DNA from: an uncultured Alphaproteobacteria bacterium
Lineage (GTDB): Bacteria; Pseudomonadota; Alphaproteobacteria; HIMB59; GCA-002718135
DNA length: 57,646 nucleotides
NCBI GenBank assembly: GCA_902522015.1
Contig: CABYTX010000003.1
Span: forward strand, 1 to 57,646
Direction: 5' to 3'
Below are positions 28,606 through 41,423 of the stretch, one piece after another. Position 1 is the stretch's first letter. The number at the start of each line of letters is the position of its first letter. The position numbers and the translations under genes are program-made. The notes under the pieces were generated by a model, which was not told where the DNA came from, ran no database searches, and saw only the letters and a list, made by a program, of their open reading frames with translations.

Positions 28606-29294
28606 TTTATTTTTGTATTTAATTTTTGAAATTGCCCCTCTTTAAGCTTACCAAGCTTGTAAGGGCCATATCCTATTCTTATTAACTTAACTATATTCCA
28701 TGAAAAATAATTACAAATATTTCTAATCTCTCTATTTTTTCCTTCTTTTAGTTTAAAAATTAACCAACTCTGATTTTTTAATTTTTTTTCAAAGGCAACT
28801 TTGATTTTTCTATAACTAATTTCTTTAATTGTAATGCCTTTATTTATTTTTTGCAGATCAATATTTTGTACTTTGCTATTTATACAAACTCTATAGATCC
28901 GCTCAACGTTTGAAGATGGATGTTCTAAATATCTTGAATAATCACCATTATTAGTTAGCAAGATCAACCCTTCACTCATATAATCTAATCTTCCTACACT
29001 TATTAATTGACCAATATTTTTTGGTAATAAATCAAAAATTTTTTTCCTACCTAAATTATCTTTTGTACTACAAATATACTTAATTGGTTTGTATAACTTC
29101 CATACTTCAACTTTATTTATTTTTTTAACAATTTTATTATTTACTTTAATAATATCTAAATCACTTACTTTATGACTTGGGTGAGCACATATTTTATTAT
29201 TAATTTTAATTTTCTTTTCAACAATTAATTTTTCTGCATCTCTTCGTGAACAAATTCCAGCACTTGATAGATATTTTGAAATTCTAATATTCAC
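28602..29294 (-). CDS. Pseudouridine synthase, RsuA/RluB family, with S4 domain
   Basis: The N-terminus is S4-like (RISKYLSSAGICSRRDAEKLI) and the catalytic motif GRLDYMSEGL is present. Confidence 0.88.
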   Translation of the reverse strand: MNIRISKYLSSAGICSRRDAEKLIVEKKIKINNKICAHPSHKVSDLDIIKVNNKIVKKINKVEVWKLYKPIKYICSTKDNLGRKKIFDLLPKNIGQLISVGRLDYMSEGLILLTNNGDYSRYLEHPSSNVERIYRVCINSKVQNIDLQKINKGITIKEISYRKIKVAFEKKLKNQSWLIFKLKEGKNREIRNICNYFSWNIVKLIRIGYGPYKLGKLKEGQFQKLNTKIK

Positions 29295-29989
29295 TTTGCT
29301 ACATTAATAAAATTTTTTATTATTTTTATATCAGATTTTGTAATTAAAAATTCAGGGTGCCATTGTAAACCAATACACCATTTGTGTTTTTTGTGCTCTA
29401 TTCCTTCTATAACACCATCATTGGCTGCACATGAAACATTAAGGTCTTTACCAATTTTTTTTACTGACTGATGATGTGCACTATTAACTTTAATTTTTTG
29501 AGTCCCACATATTTTATATAATTGAGTATTTTTTAAAATATTAACACTGTGACTGGTTTGATTTCTTGGATTTACTTGTTCATGGTTTATCGGATTTCTT
29601 TTTAAATCTTGTATTAATGTTCCACCACATGCAACATTGATAAGTTGCGCACCACCACAAATTCCCAATATAGGTTTGTTATATTTAAAAAAATTATTGA
29701 AAATATTTAATTCAAAATTTGTCCTCTTATTTTTTATGTTTTTAGATTGAGTATTACTTGTTTTATATAATTTAGGATTAATATCAAAATCACCTCCAGT
29801 AATAATTAGACCATCAATTAAATCACAAAAATCTTCAATATATTTTTTTTCATGTAACAGAGGAAAGGGAATAGCATTAAATTTTGTTAGGGAAGTTAAG
29901 TAATTTTCCCTCAATGCATACCATGGAAATTTTGAGTATGTTTTCTTTTTTTCACTATCAAGAGTTATTCCAATAATTGGTTTTTTCAT
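29291..29989 (-). CDS. Gamma-glutamyl-gamma-aminobutyrate hydrolase family peptidase C26 (class I GATase)
   Basis: Nucleophile elbow GICGGAQ and the LQWHPE motif are present. Confidence 0.85.
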   Translation of the reverse strand: MKKPIIGITLDSEKKKTYSKFPWYALRENYLTSLTKFNAIPFPLLHEKKYIEDFCDLIDGLIITGGDFDINPKLYKTSNTQSKNIKNKRTNFELNIFNNFFKYNKPILGICGGAQLINVACGGTLIQDLKRNPINHEQVNPRNQTSHSVNILKNTQLYKICGTQKIKVNSAHHQSVKKIGKDLNVSCAANDGVIEGIEHKKHKWCIGLQWHPEFLITKSDIKIIKNFINVAK

Positions 29990-30029
29990 TATAATTCAAT
30001 TATAATGTACAACATAAGTGTGTTCCACA

Positions 30030-30485
30030 ATGAACGTTGATTTTTTTATGAAAGAAGCAATTATTGAAGCAGACAAGGCTTATAATTTAAATGAGGTTCC
30101 AGTTGGAGGAATACTTGTTGATAATACAACGAACAAGATTGTAGCCAGAAGTTACAATACAGTAAATAAAGATAAAAATGCTATCAAACATTGTGAGTTA
30201 AATCTAATTCAAGAAACTTGCGAAAGACTAAAGTTAAAATATTTAGAGAATATGACATTATTTGTAACATTAGAACCATGCACTATGTGTGCTAGTGCAA
30301 TAAGTGAAGTACATATTAAAAATGTTTATTTTGGTGCGTATGATGAAAAAAATGGAGGAATTGAAAAACTCCGAGTTGCTTTTCAAAGAGAAAATATATT
30401 TATGCCAACTATTTATGGTGGCATTATGGAAAAAGAATGTAGTAATTTATTAAAAAAATTTTTTAAAAATAAGCATGATAGATAA
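30030..30485 (+). CDS. tadA: tRNA-specific adenosine deaminase
   Basis: Deaminase motifs HCE and TLEPCTMC are present. The start is uncertain among GTG 30018, ATG 30030 and ATG 30048. Confidence 0.85.
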   Translation: MNVDFFMKEAIIEADKAYNLNEVPVGGILVDNTTNKIVARSYNTVNKDKNAIKHCELNLIQETCERLKLKYLENMTLFVTLEPCTMCASAISEVHIKNVYFGAYDEKNGGIEKLRVAFQRENIFMPTIYGGIMEKECSNLLKKFFKNKHDR

Positions 30486-31806
30486 AATTAATATTCCAGA
30501 ATTTGAAGTTTCAGAATTTAATCAAGCATTTAAAGAAGTAATTGAGTCAAATTTTAATTATGTAAGAATTAAAGGAGAAATTTCTGAGGTAAAAACCGCA
30601 ACAAGAGGGCAAATTTATCTAACACTTAAAGACGAAGATTCAATTTTAAGTGGAGTTATTTGGGATCAGAAAAAAAAATATTTAGATATAAATCCAGAAA
30701 TAGGACTAGAAATAATTGCAACTGGGAGAATCACCACATGGTCTCGTTATAAAACTACCTACCAGATAGATATTGATAAAATTGAAATTGCAGGAGAGGG
30801 AGCACTTTTAAAACTCATTGAAGAAAGAAAAAAAAGACTTCAAAAAAAAGGCTATTTTGATGAAGATAAAAAAATTCCATTACCTTTTTTGCCTGAGAGA
30901 TTAGGTATAATTACATCTCCCACTGGTTCTGTAGTACACGACATAATTAATAGAGTGAATGATCGTTTTCCAATGCCTGTAGATATATGGCCTGTTTCTG
31001 TACAAGGTGTTGACGCAGCAGATAGCATTATAAATGCTATCGCAGGTTTCAATAAACTTAAATTAGGCAAACCAGACATTCTTATTGTTGCTAGAGGTGG
31101 AGGAAGTACGGAAGATTTAATGGCATTCAATGATGAAAATCTTGCAACAAGTGTTTTTGATTCAAAAATACCAATTATTTCAGCAATAGGTCATGAAACA
31201 GATACAACAATTATTGATTTAGTATCAGATTTAAGAGCGTCTACACCAACTGCGGCAGCTGAAAAAGCTACTCCAGTTAGATTTGAATTAATAGAAAAAA
31301 TTAAAAATTTACAACTTAGATTAAACTCAAAAGTTAATTCGCAAATTCAGTCCAAAAAGGAAAATTACGAATATTTAAATAAGTTTCTTAAATCTCCAAG
31401 CTTGATAGTTAATAATTATAAGGAGAAGCTTTTAGACGATTTTAAAAATTTAACATTATCAATTGAAAATAAATTTAGTATATCAAAATTGAATCTTCTT
31501 AACCTGGGAAAATCTATTGTTTCACCAGATTCATCAATAAATTTAAAACAAACAAAGATTAACAATCTTTCAAAAAATCTTAATTTGAATATAGCCAATA
31601 ATTACAAAGATAAACTTGAGAAATATAAGTCTAATATAAGATTGCTCAATTCCAATTCTATTTCTTCAAATCTTAAAAAAGGATACTCAATTTTGATGAA
31701 TAAAAAGAAAATTGTTAAGACAATTAAAAAAATTACTACTGACGATCAATTATCAGTGAAACTTATTGATGGTACAATTGATATAAAAATAACAAAAATT
31801 AACTAA
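30475..31806 (+). CDS. xseA: Exodeoxyribonuclease VII large subunit
   Basis: N-terminal OB-fold (IKGEISEVKTATRGQIYLTLKD), ITSPTGSV, ARGGGS and IGHETD are present. Confidence 0.9.
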   Translation: MIDKINIPEFEVSEFNQAFKEVIESNFNYVRIKGEISEVKTATRGQIYLTLKDEDSILSGVIWDQKKKYLDINPEIGLEIIATGRITTWSRYKTTYQIDIDKIEIAGEGALLKLIEERKKRLQKKGYFDEDKKIPLPFLPERLGIITSPTGSVVHDIINRVNDRFPMPVDIWPVSVQGVDAADSIINAIAGFNKLKLGKPDILIVARGGGSTEDLMAFNDENLATSVFDSKIPIISAIGHETDTTIIDLVSDLRASTPTAAAEKATPVRFELIEKIKNLQLRLNSKVNSQIQSKKENYEYLNKFLKSPSLIVNNYKEKLLDDFKNLTLSIENKFSISKLNLLNLGKSIVSPDSSINLKQTKINNLSKNLNLNIANNYKDKLEKYKSNIRLLNSNSISSNLKKGYSILMNKKKIVKTIKKITTDDQLSVKLIDGTIDIKITKIN

Positions 31807-32662
31807 ATCTTTTATGCTGCCAGAACCATTGACTAGGTTCTGCTTTAATCCACTGTTCAATCTTATTATGAATTTCTTCCATCATCTGAGTATCATTAAT
31901 TTCTAAATTATTATGATAAAGTGGCTGTAAAAATGTTAGTTCAATATTCCCATTATCAATTCTTTTATTTTGTATTGGAACTATTGGTAAGTTATATTTT
32001 CTAGCGATTTTTAAAAAACCTGTTTGTGTTTTAACTTTTTTATTAAAAAACATTACTTCTTCTCCTGAGGAGTCTTTTTGATCTATTAATAATACAATTG
32101 ATAAAGAATTGTTTATTGCATCAACAATATCTTTAGCACTTTTCTTACCTTTGGGAGTGTAAAAGCTATTTTTAGAAACAAGAGAATTTTGTCTAATATT
32201 AAGTATTAGTTTATCAATAAAATTATTGTTTATATGCCGATAAATGCCACCAATATTAATTCCAATTCTATCTAAACCTGGAACTAATACTTCCCAATTA
32301 GATTGATGAATACTAATAAAAATTGCTTGTTTTTTGTTTTTAATAAAATCTTCTATATTTTCAAGATTGATATATTTTATTTTATTTTTAATAAAAATAT
32401 CATTTATTCTTAGAAGTTCACAAATTGTAATTCCTAGATTGTTCCAACTTTTTTTAATAATATTCTGTATTTCTTCATCTTTAAGATTTGGGAAAACATA
32501 CTTACAATTATTTATAGCTGTTTTATTGGCTCGTGAAAATTTGCCAAAAGTTCTAAATAAAAATGATGAGACTTTCAAAGATAGATTGAGTGGTAAAATC
32601 TTATATAAAAAATAAATAAAAATAAATCCAATATACTGTAAAAAGTAAATTATCTGTTTCAT
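31799..32662 (-). CDS. Lipid A biosynthesis lauroyl/late acyltransferase (LpxL/HtrB family)
   Basis: N-terminal TM segment and an HxxxxE-like motif (HQSNWE). It is adjacent to lpxK and waaA. Confidence 0.8.
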   Translation of the reverse strand: MKQIIYFLQYIGFIFIYFLYKILPLNLSLKVSSFLFRTFGKFSRANKTAINNCKYVFPNLKDEEIQNIIKKSWNNLGITICELLRINDIFIKNKIKYINLENIEDFIKNKKQAIFISIHQSNWEVLVPGLDRIGINIGGIYRHINNNFIDKLILNIRQNSLVSKNSFYTPKGKKSAKDIVDAINNSLSIVLLIDQKDSSGEEVMFFNKKVKTQTGFLKIARKYNLPIVPIQNKRIDNGNIELTFLQPLYHNNLEINDTQMMEEIHNKIEQWIKAEPSQWFWQHKRFS

Positions 32663-33657
32663 ATTGCAAAATCATTAATTTTATTTTCTAGTACATTACT
32701 TAAAATCTCTTTTAGCAAATTTTCATCTTCAAATTTGATTTCACCATTAAGTGTGCTGACTAAAGAACGATATGATTTTGGTATTCTTACAAAATCTTTT
32801 TTTGTAGTAACCAATACAGATTTTGTAAGATTAGCATTTTCTGCAAGATTTAACATGTCATTTTCATCAAATATATGATGATCTGGATAGCTTATTTTTT
32901 TTTCTAAAATAGCGCCTTGTTCACTTAGTGAATTATAAAATTTTTCAGGATAAGCAATGCCTGCAAAAGCTGTTACTTTTTGGTTTTTATAAATTTTATT
33001 ATCTGTACTAATTTGAAATTTTGCATGAATAATAGGAACAGTGCTAGGAATTTTATCTTTAACATCTTGAGTAATTTCACCAATTACAATTACTAAATTT
33101 GCTCTAGAAATACCTCTTGATATGCTTTCCCTAAGAGGTCCAGAAGGAATAACTCGTTTATTTCCAAATCCTTGTTCACCATTAATTACTATAATTGAAA
33201 AATCTTTCTGAAGAGTTGGATTTTGAAAGCCATCATCCATAATTATACAGTCAGCACCTTTTTCTTTAGCTAAAATAAAGGATTTATTTCTATCCTGACC
33301 AATCCAAGTTGGAGCAACTTCAGCTAGCAACAAGGATTCATCTCCAACACTTTTTGCCGAATGCCACTCTTTAACGAGAACATTAGATGTTTCAACTCCA
33401 CCATAACCCCTTGAAACAAAGTGAGGATTGTATCCATTAAGTTTTAATAAATTTCCAATTTTTAATGCAACAGGTGTTTTACCAGCACCTCCTACCACTA
33501 TATTCCCAATACAAATTACAGGAATTCCAGAGGATGTTTTTCTACTAACAAAATTTCTTATTTTAGTTCCAAATCTAAATAGTAATGAGAGAGGATATAA
33601 GGAATTTGATAAGTATGTGTCATTTTTTTTATACCAAAATTTAGGAGCTTTAAGCAT
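32659..33657 (-). CDS. lpxK: Tetraacyldisaccharide 4'-kinase
   Basis: Start MLKAPKFWYKK lies 1 nt after the waaA stop. P-loop GNIVVGGAGKTP is present. The longer ORF-track start at 33735 would overlap waaA by 77 nt. Confidence 0.88.
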   Translation of the reverse strand: MLKAPKFWYKKNDTYLSNSLYPLSLLFRFGTKIRNFVSRKTSSGIPVICIGNIVVGGAGKTPVALKIGNLLKLNGYNPHFVSRGYGGVETSNVLVKEWHSAKSVGDESLLLAEVAPTWIGQDRNKSFILAKEKGADCIIMDDGFQNPTLQKDFSIIVINGEQGFGNKRVIPSGPLRESISRGISRANLVIVIGEITQDVKDKIPSTVPIIHAKFQISTDNKIYKNQKVTAFAGIAYPEKFYNSLSEQGAILEKKISYPDHHIFDENDMLNLAENANLTKSVLVTTKKDFVRIPKSYRSLVSTLNGEIKFEDENLLKEILSNVLENKINDFAI

Positions 33658-33658
33658 T

Positions 33659-34879
33659 TTAATTAATGTACTTTTCGATGTCTTTGAAAAGCTTTTCTTT
33701 TTCAAAGAAAGATCTATTAGAAAACTCAATTGCATTTGCTTGAATTTTTTTTAATTCAAAATTATTATTTAGTAATTCTTTCATCTTTACATCAATATCT
33801 TCAAACTTATTTACCATTATACATGAATTTGCTTTTACCATATCTTCATAAATATTAGTCCAATTATCAACATAATTACCGCTAATAATAGCACATCCAT
33901 AACTTGCAGGCTCTATAGGATTATGTCCACCAATATTTTTTAAAAAAGAACCACCTAAAATAACTAAATCACTAATTTTAAAATATTGATCTAATTTTCC
34001 AAAACTATCAATTACTACGATATTATTTTCTTCAATTTCTTTTTTAGATTCTAAAGAAATATTAAATCCTTCTTTATTTAATTCTTGCTTAATTGTACCA
34101 ATTCTTTCTGGATGCCTTGGTGCAAGATAAATTTTTAAATTAAATTCATGTATTGTTTTTTTAATACATTTAATTATTTCTTTTTCTTCATTAGAATGAG
34201 TACTTGCAATCATAATTGTATTTGATTGATCTTTATTTATTGAAGAATTATTTTTATTCTTAGCTAATTTTAAATTTCCAATATAGTCAATTTGAAAGTT
34301 TGTTAATTTTTGAATTCTTTTTTTGTCATCTTTGCTCTGTGCAAAAATTTTATTAAAACTCTTTAATGAATTTCTATAGAAATTTTTTCTACTTTTCCAT
34401 TTTTTAAAAGAAGTTGGAGAAATCCTTGCATTTAAATATAAACAATTGATATTTTTAACTCTAATTTTATTAAGCATATTTGGCCAAATATCTGACTCTA
34501 TCCATATAATAAGATTTGGCTTCCAAAAGTTTAAAAATCTTGAACACCACAGAGACACATCAAATGGGATGTATTGATGGATAATTTTATTTTTATAAAA
34601 CTCCTCAACATATTCTGCTGAAGATTTTGTTGTTGTAGTAACTAAAATATCAAATAGTTTATGATATCGTTCTATAATTAAATCTGAAGATTTAAATTCG
34701 CCAATACTTGCTGCATGTATCCATAAAATTTTTTTCTCACTATTTTTTTTTACCGTTGGCTTCCCAAACCTTTCAATAAATCTTACTCTATCCTCTTTTT
34801 TTCTATAGAGGCGAATTAATATATTAAAAATAATTACAGGTATGAGAAGAGTACTAAGTATTTGATATATTCTAAGCAT
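33659..34879 (-). CDS. waaA: 3-deoxy-D-manno-octulosonic acid (Kdo) transferase
   Basis: N-terminal anchor, WIHAASIGE motif and LPS cluster context. Confidence 0.88.
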   Translation of the reverse strand: MLRIYQILSTLLIPVIIFNILIRLYRKKEDRVRFIERFGKPTVKKNSEKKILWIHAASIGEFKSSDLIIERYHKLFDILVTTTTKSSAEYVEEFYKNKIIHQYIPFDVSLWCSRFLNFWKPNLIIWIESDIWPNMLNKIRVKNINCLYLNARISPTSFKKWKSRKNFYRNSLKSFNKIFAQSKDDKKRIQKLTNFQIDYIGNLKLAKNKNNSSINKDQSNTIMIASTHSNEEKEIIKCIKKTIHEFNLKIYLAPRHPERIGTIKQELNKEGFNISLESKKEIEENNIVVIDSFGKLDQYFKISDLVILGGSFLKNIGGHNPIEPASYGCAIISGNYVDNWTNIYEDMVKANSCIMVNKFEDIDVKMKELLNNNFELKKIQANAIEFSNRSFFEKEKLFKDIEKYIN

Positions 34880-35543
34880 CTAGATTTTTTTCTGCTTTTT
34901 CTATGCAATTATTAATTTTTTCTTCCAAGAAATTCTTATATTTGTCTAAATCATTATCTATTGTTGAAGAAGGAATAATAATTGGCTCACCCCAAACAAA
35001 ACTACATTTTGAAAATGGATATGTAATTAAAAATGAGTCCCAAGATTTAAGTTTAAGATTTTTATTTGAAGCAAAACCAAGTGGTATAATTGGGGCTTGA
35101 GAATGTACTGCAATTTTTATAATTCCTTCTGAGACTTTCTTATTTGGACCTCTTGGTCCGTCAGGAGTAATACCGATATAATTATTATCTTTTAAAATTT
35201 TAAATACTTTTCTTAATGAAGGTGATTTATTTTTTGACATTATAGAAACATTTTTTAAATTGAAATGACCTGCAATATATGCACCAAAACGACCATCACT
35301 ATGACTAGATGCTAACATATTTAACACAGCTTTACTTTTCCATACATGTCCTATCATCATTAATTGACCATGCCAAAATGCTAAAATAAATGGTTTATTT
35401 TCTCTCCACAATTTTTCTGGTAATTCAGAGTTTATAATCTGTATTTTAGAAGTGTAACACACGAATAAGATATACAGATAACCTATAAAAGCTAAAATTT
35501 TTTGAGATATAGAAAATTTAAAAATTTTTTTTTTAAAACTCAT
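34872..35543 (-). CDS. DUF374-domain lysophospholipid acyltransferase-like protein
   Basis: Contains FWHGQ and ITPDGPRGP motifs. It has the conserved position between msbA and waaA seen in alphaproteobacteria. Confidence 0.8.
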   Translation of the reverse strand: MSFKKKIFKFSISQKILAFIGYLYILFVCYTSKIQIINSELPEKLWRENKPFILAFWHGQLMMIGHVWKSKAVLNMLASSHSDGRFGAYIAGHFNLKNVSIMSKNKSPSLRKVFKILKDNNYIGITPDGPRGPNKKVSEGIIKIAVHSQAPIIPLGFASNKNLKLKSWDSFLITYPFSKCSFVWGEPIIIPSSTIDNDLDKYKNFLEEKINNCIEKAEKNLDA

Positions 35544-37281
35544 TTTCCAACTGTTCTCTTAGTTGTAATTTTTTATAAATAGTTGATTTTGAAATTAATT
35601 CCTCATGTGATCCTTGACTTTCAATTTTGCCTTTATCCAAAACGTAGATTATGTCTGCGTCTTCTATTGTGCTTAATCTATGTGCAATTATTAATTTGGT
35701 CTTATTTTTCATAAGATTATTTATTGTTTCATGAATTTTATTTTCAGTTATATTATCAAGAGAAGATGTAGCTTCATCCATTATTAAAAGTGGCGCATTT
35801 TTTATAAGAGCTCGGGCAATAGCAATTCTTTGTCGTTGTCCACCTGATAATTTTATGCCGTTTTCTCCAATAACAGTGTGTAGTTTTTGATCTAATTTTT
35901 CTGAAAAACTATTTACCCCAGCATTTTTAGCGACTAAATTAATCTCTTCATCAGTTGCTTCAAGGTTTCCATATTTAATATTATTAAATATACTCTCATT
36001 AAATAAAATTGTTTCTTGAGTTACTATTGAAATACTATTTCTTACATCTGTCAGATCTAATTCTTTTATATCTTTAGAATTTATTAATATAGAGCCTGAA
36101 TAATTATCATATAATCGCAAAATTATATTTGCTATCGTTGATTTACCAGATCCAGATAAGCCAACTAATGCAACTTTTTTTCCTTTTGGTATTCTTAAAC
36201 TTATTTTATCAAGTACTGCATTATTATTATATGCAAATGAAACGTCTTTAAAAACAATGTCTCCATCTAGATCTATGTATTTTTTTGGAGAAATATTTTC
36301 CATATTTTTTTCGCTTGTATCTAGAAGTTTAAAAATTCTTTCAGCTCCAGCTAGTCCTTCTTGGACACTAATATTTAGATTGCCAAGTGCCTTTACCGGT
36401 TGATAAGCTAGAAGAAGACTTACTAGAAAACTCATAAATTGACCTGTTGTCATACTTTCATTTAAGACAAAAACACCCCCAGCATAAATTGAAAGTGCTA
36501 CAGCTAAACTTCCAATGAACTCCATCAAAGGGCTTAAGCGATTGCTAATAAAAGCAGATTTTGTAAAATATTTTTGAATGAAACTAATTGTTTGAAAAGC
36601 TCTTTGTTTTTCATAATTTTCTCTGGAGTATGCTTTTACTTGTCTAATACCTTTAATGCTCTCAGCTAATACATTGGAAAAAACTGCAATTTCGTTTTGG
36701 ATAGTGTAAGTAATTTTTCTAATACTCTTTCCAATTTTTCTTATGGGCCAGATTGCTAAAGGGAATGCAAAAAAAGCAAAAAGAGTTAGGGTCCAACTTT
36801 GGTAAAACATATTACCTAGTAAAAAAATAATAACTAAAACATCTTTTATAATTCCTGTTACAGATTTAACTATTGCAAGTCTTAAGTAGTAAGTATCATT
36901 TATAAGTCTTGAAATTAAATTACCTGACTTAGAGTCATTATAAAATTTCATATTCAAATACATGAGTTTTTCAAACATCTGAGTTTGAAGTTTTGCAATA
37001 ATAGAATGTGCAACTTTACTCATTTGATAAGAGTGAGTATATGTCGCCAATCCTTTACAGAGGGTCACTACAATAATTGCAATTGGTATCAAAAATAACA
37101 TTTCTTTATTCCCTTTGATTAAGACTTCATCAAGCGCAGGTCTTACTAACCAAGCATGTAAACCTGTTGCTGCTGCTGAGATAACCATCATCAATAAAGC
37201 TAATATTATTTTTAGTTTATGATTCATTAAATAATGAAAAACTATTCTTGAAGTAACTGACTGTTTTTTATCTGAAGACAT
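35533..37281 (-). CDS. msbA: Lipid A export ABC transporter, fused permease/ATPase
   Basis: Six-TM domain plus Walker A GLSGSGKST, signature LSGGQRQR and Walker B LLIMDEATS. Lipid A cluster context. Confidence 0.88.
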   Translation of the reverse strand: MSSDKKQSVTSRIVFHYLMNHKLKIILALLMMVISAAATGLHAWLVRPALDEVLIKGNKEMLFLIPIAIIVVTLCKGLATYTHSYQMSKVAHSIIAKLQTQMFEKLMYLNMKFYNDSKSGNLISRLINDTYYLRLAIVKSVTGIIKDVLVIIFLLGNMFYQSWTLTLFAFFAFPLAIWPIRKIGKSIRKITYTIQNEIAVFSNVLAESIKGIRQVKAYSRENYEKQRAFQTISFIQKYFTKSAFISNRLSPLMEFIGSLAVALSIYAGGVFVLNESMTTGQFMSFLVSLLLAYQPVKALGNLNISVQEGLAGAERIFKLLDTSEKNMENISPKKYIDLDGDIVFKDVSFAYNNNAVLDKISLRIPKGKKVALVGLSGSGKSTIANIILRLYDNYSGSILINSKDIKELDLTDVRNSISIVTQETILFNESIFNNIKYGNLEATDEEINLVAKNAGVNSFSEKLDQKLHTVIGENGIKLSGGQRQRIAIARALIKNAPLLIMDEATSSLDNITENKIHETINNLMKNKTKLIIAHRLSTIEDADIIYVLDKGKIESQGSHEELISKSTIYKKLQLREQLENEF

Positions 37282-38144
37282 TAAAAAGTATGTAAAAGTA
37301 AAAATAACATAATTGCAAAAATATTATTTTGTCTGAAATAATAATTTGAACTTAACGGCGATGTTATATCCCATTTCTGAATTGCTATATACGTACAAAT
37401 TGCGATAGTGGCTATAATAATTGAACTAAGTAAAAAATTTGAGGAATTCCATACGAAATAAGACAATATAATTAAGATAATAAGATAGCATGTTTGAACA
37501 AATCTTTTACCATTTTTATCAAAATAAACTGCAGTAGATTTGATTTTATTTAAAACATCATCTGACCAATCTTGGTAGGCATAAATAGTATCATATGCTA
37601 ACGTCCAAAAAATACATACAAAATACAATAAAAGAAAATCAAATGTAATGCGTGTATTAAATTGTATTGAAACTATTAGCACACCCCAACTAAAAATAAT
37701 TCCAAGGAATAATTGTGGGAAGAAAGTTATTCTTTTCATAAAAGGATATAAAATAACAAATGGCACACTTAACAAACCTAATACAATTGATTTAAAATTA
37801 AACTGGAGAAGAATGAAAAAACTAATTACCAATAATATTATTAATAATAATATCGCTTCAGTAATAGAAATCTTTTTTGATGCTAAAGGTCTAAATTTAG
37901 TACGTGTAACTTTTTGATCAAAATCAATATCAATAATGTCATTAATTATACAACCAGAACTTCTCATTAAAAAAGAACCAATTAAAAAAAGTATATACCA
38001 AAATAATAGTTTAGAAGTTTCTGTTTTTAGTAATGCTAAACCAAACCAGCAAGGCCACATTAATAGAAGGAAGCCAATAGGTTTGTTAAGTCTGATTAAC
38101 TCGCAGTAATCAAATATTTTTTTTACAACTAAGTTATCCCACAT
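37281..38144 (-). CDS. ubiA: 4-hydroxybenzoate polyprenyltransferase
   Basis: UbiA family: multi-TM protein with an NDxxDxxxD motif (INDIIDIDFD). Confidence 0.85.
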   Translation of the reverse strand: MWDNLVVKKIFDYCELIRLNKPIGFLLLMWPCWFGLALLKTETSKLLFWYILFLIGSFLMRSSGCIINDIIDIDFDQKVTRTKFRPLASKKISITEAILLLIILLVISFFILLQFNFKSIVLGLLSVPFVILYPFMKRITFFPQLFLGIIFSWGVLIVSIQFNTRITFDFLLLYFVCIFWTLAYDTIYAYQDWSDDVLNKIKSTAVYFDKNGKRFVQTCYLIILIILSYFVWNSSNFLLSSIIIATIAICTYIAIQKWDITSPLSSNYYFRQNNIFAIMLFLLLHTF

Positions 38145-38179
38145 ATATGAATATAATGTTATAATTCTAAACTATTGTA

Positions 38180-38911
38180 ATGAAAATGTCTAAAACACGA
38201 TTATTTGTATCAAAAAAATTATCAGCCAATATTTTAATTTATATAAAAAATAAGCAGCACCACTTTCTGAAAAATGTTCTTAGAATCAAAAAAGAAGATA
38301 ACATAAATTTATTTGATGGTTTGACAGGTGAATGGCTATCTAAAGTAATTTCTATCAATAGAGATAACATTGTTTTACAAATACAAAACAAATTGAGAGA
38401 TATTCCTCAAGAATCTGATTTATGGCTTATATTTGCTCCAATCAAATCTTATAGAATGAATATCACTATTCAAAAAGCTACCGAGCTTGGCATTTCTAGA
38501 TTTATTCCAATTTTGACAGAATATACAAATCAATCAAAAATAAATTTTAAAAATTTTGAATTAAATATCATTGAAGCATCAGAACAATCTGAGAGATTGT
38601 CAATTCCGACTTTAGAAAAAACAATTAAACTAGATGATTTAGTTGACAATTTTCCGTCTGATAGAGGGTTAGTATTTTGTGATGAAGGAAATGAAAATTT
38701 ACCAACTATTTACAATGCATTAATTAATGAAACAAAAAAATACAAAAAATGGGCTGTCGTTATTGGGCCTGAAGGTGGTTTTTCTGAAAAGGAACGAATA
38801 ACCATCTCTTCTTTGTCTTCATGTATATCCGTTTCTTTGGGAAAAAGAATTCTACGATCAGACACTGCAACTACTGCTGCAATTTTTTCTATTCAATCGG
38901 TTATTGAATAA
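38180..38911 (+). CDS. rsmE: 16S rRNA (uracil1498-N3)-methyltransferase
   Basis: Contains HHFLKNVLRIK, AEQSER-like EASEQSER and a C-terminal GPEGGF motif. Confidence 0.88.
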   Translation: MKMSKTRLFVSKKLSANILIYIKNKQHHFLKNVLRIKKEDNINLFDGLTGEWLSKVISINRDNIVLQIQNKLRDIPQESDLWLIFAPIKSYRMNITIQKATELGISRFIPILTEYTNQSKINFKNFELNIIEASEQSERLSIPTLEKTIKLDDLVDNFPSDRGLVFCDEGNENLPTIYNALINETKKYKKWAVVIGPEGGFSEKERITISSLSSCISVSLGKRILRSDTATTAAIFSIQSVIE

Positions 38912-39009
38912 ATCATAATGAGCGACAACCTGTCCTAGAATTTTGCCTCTAAATCATTGGTTAATTTACTGAATAATTTATTTATTAGTGTATAGAATAA
39001 CTAATTAAG

Positions 39010-41419
<2,410 letters not shown>

Positions 41420-41423
41420 TTTA

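Noticed and set aside
38912-39009. The intergenic regions before coxB (38912-39009) and after ctaE as candidate sRNA or riboswitch sites.
   Set aside because: No conserved motif, stable hairpin or repeat is recognisable. They are most simply a promoter/5'UTR and, after ctaE, the SURF1 N-terminal coding stretch.
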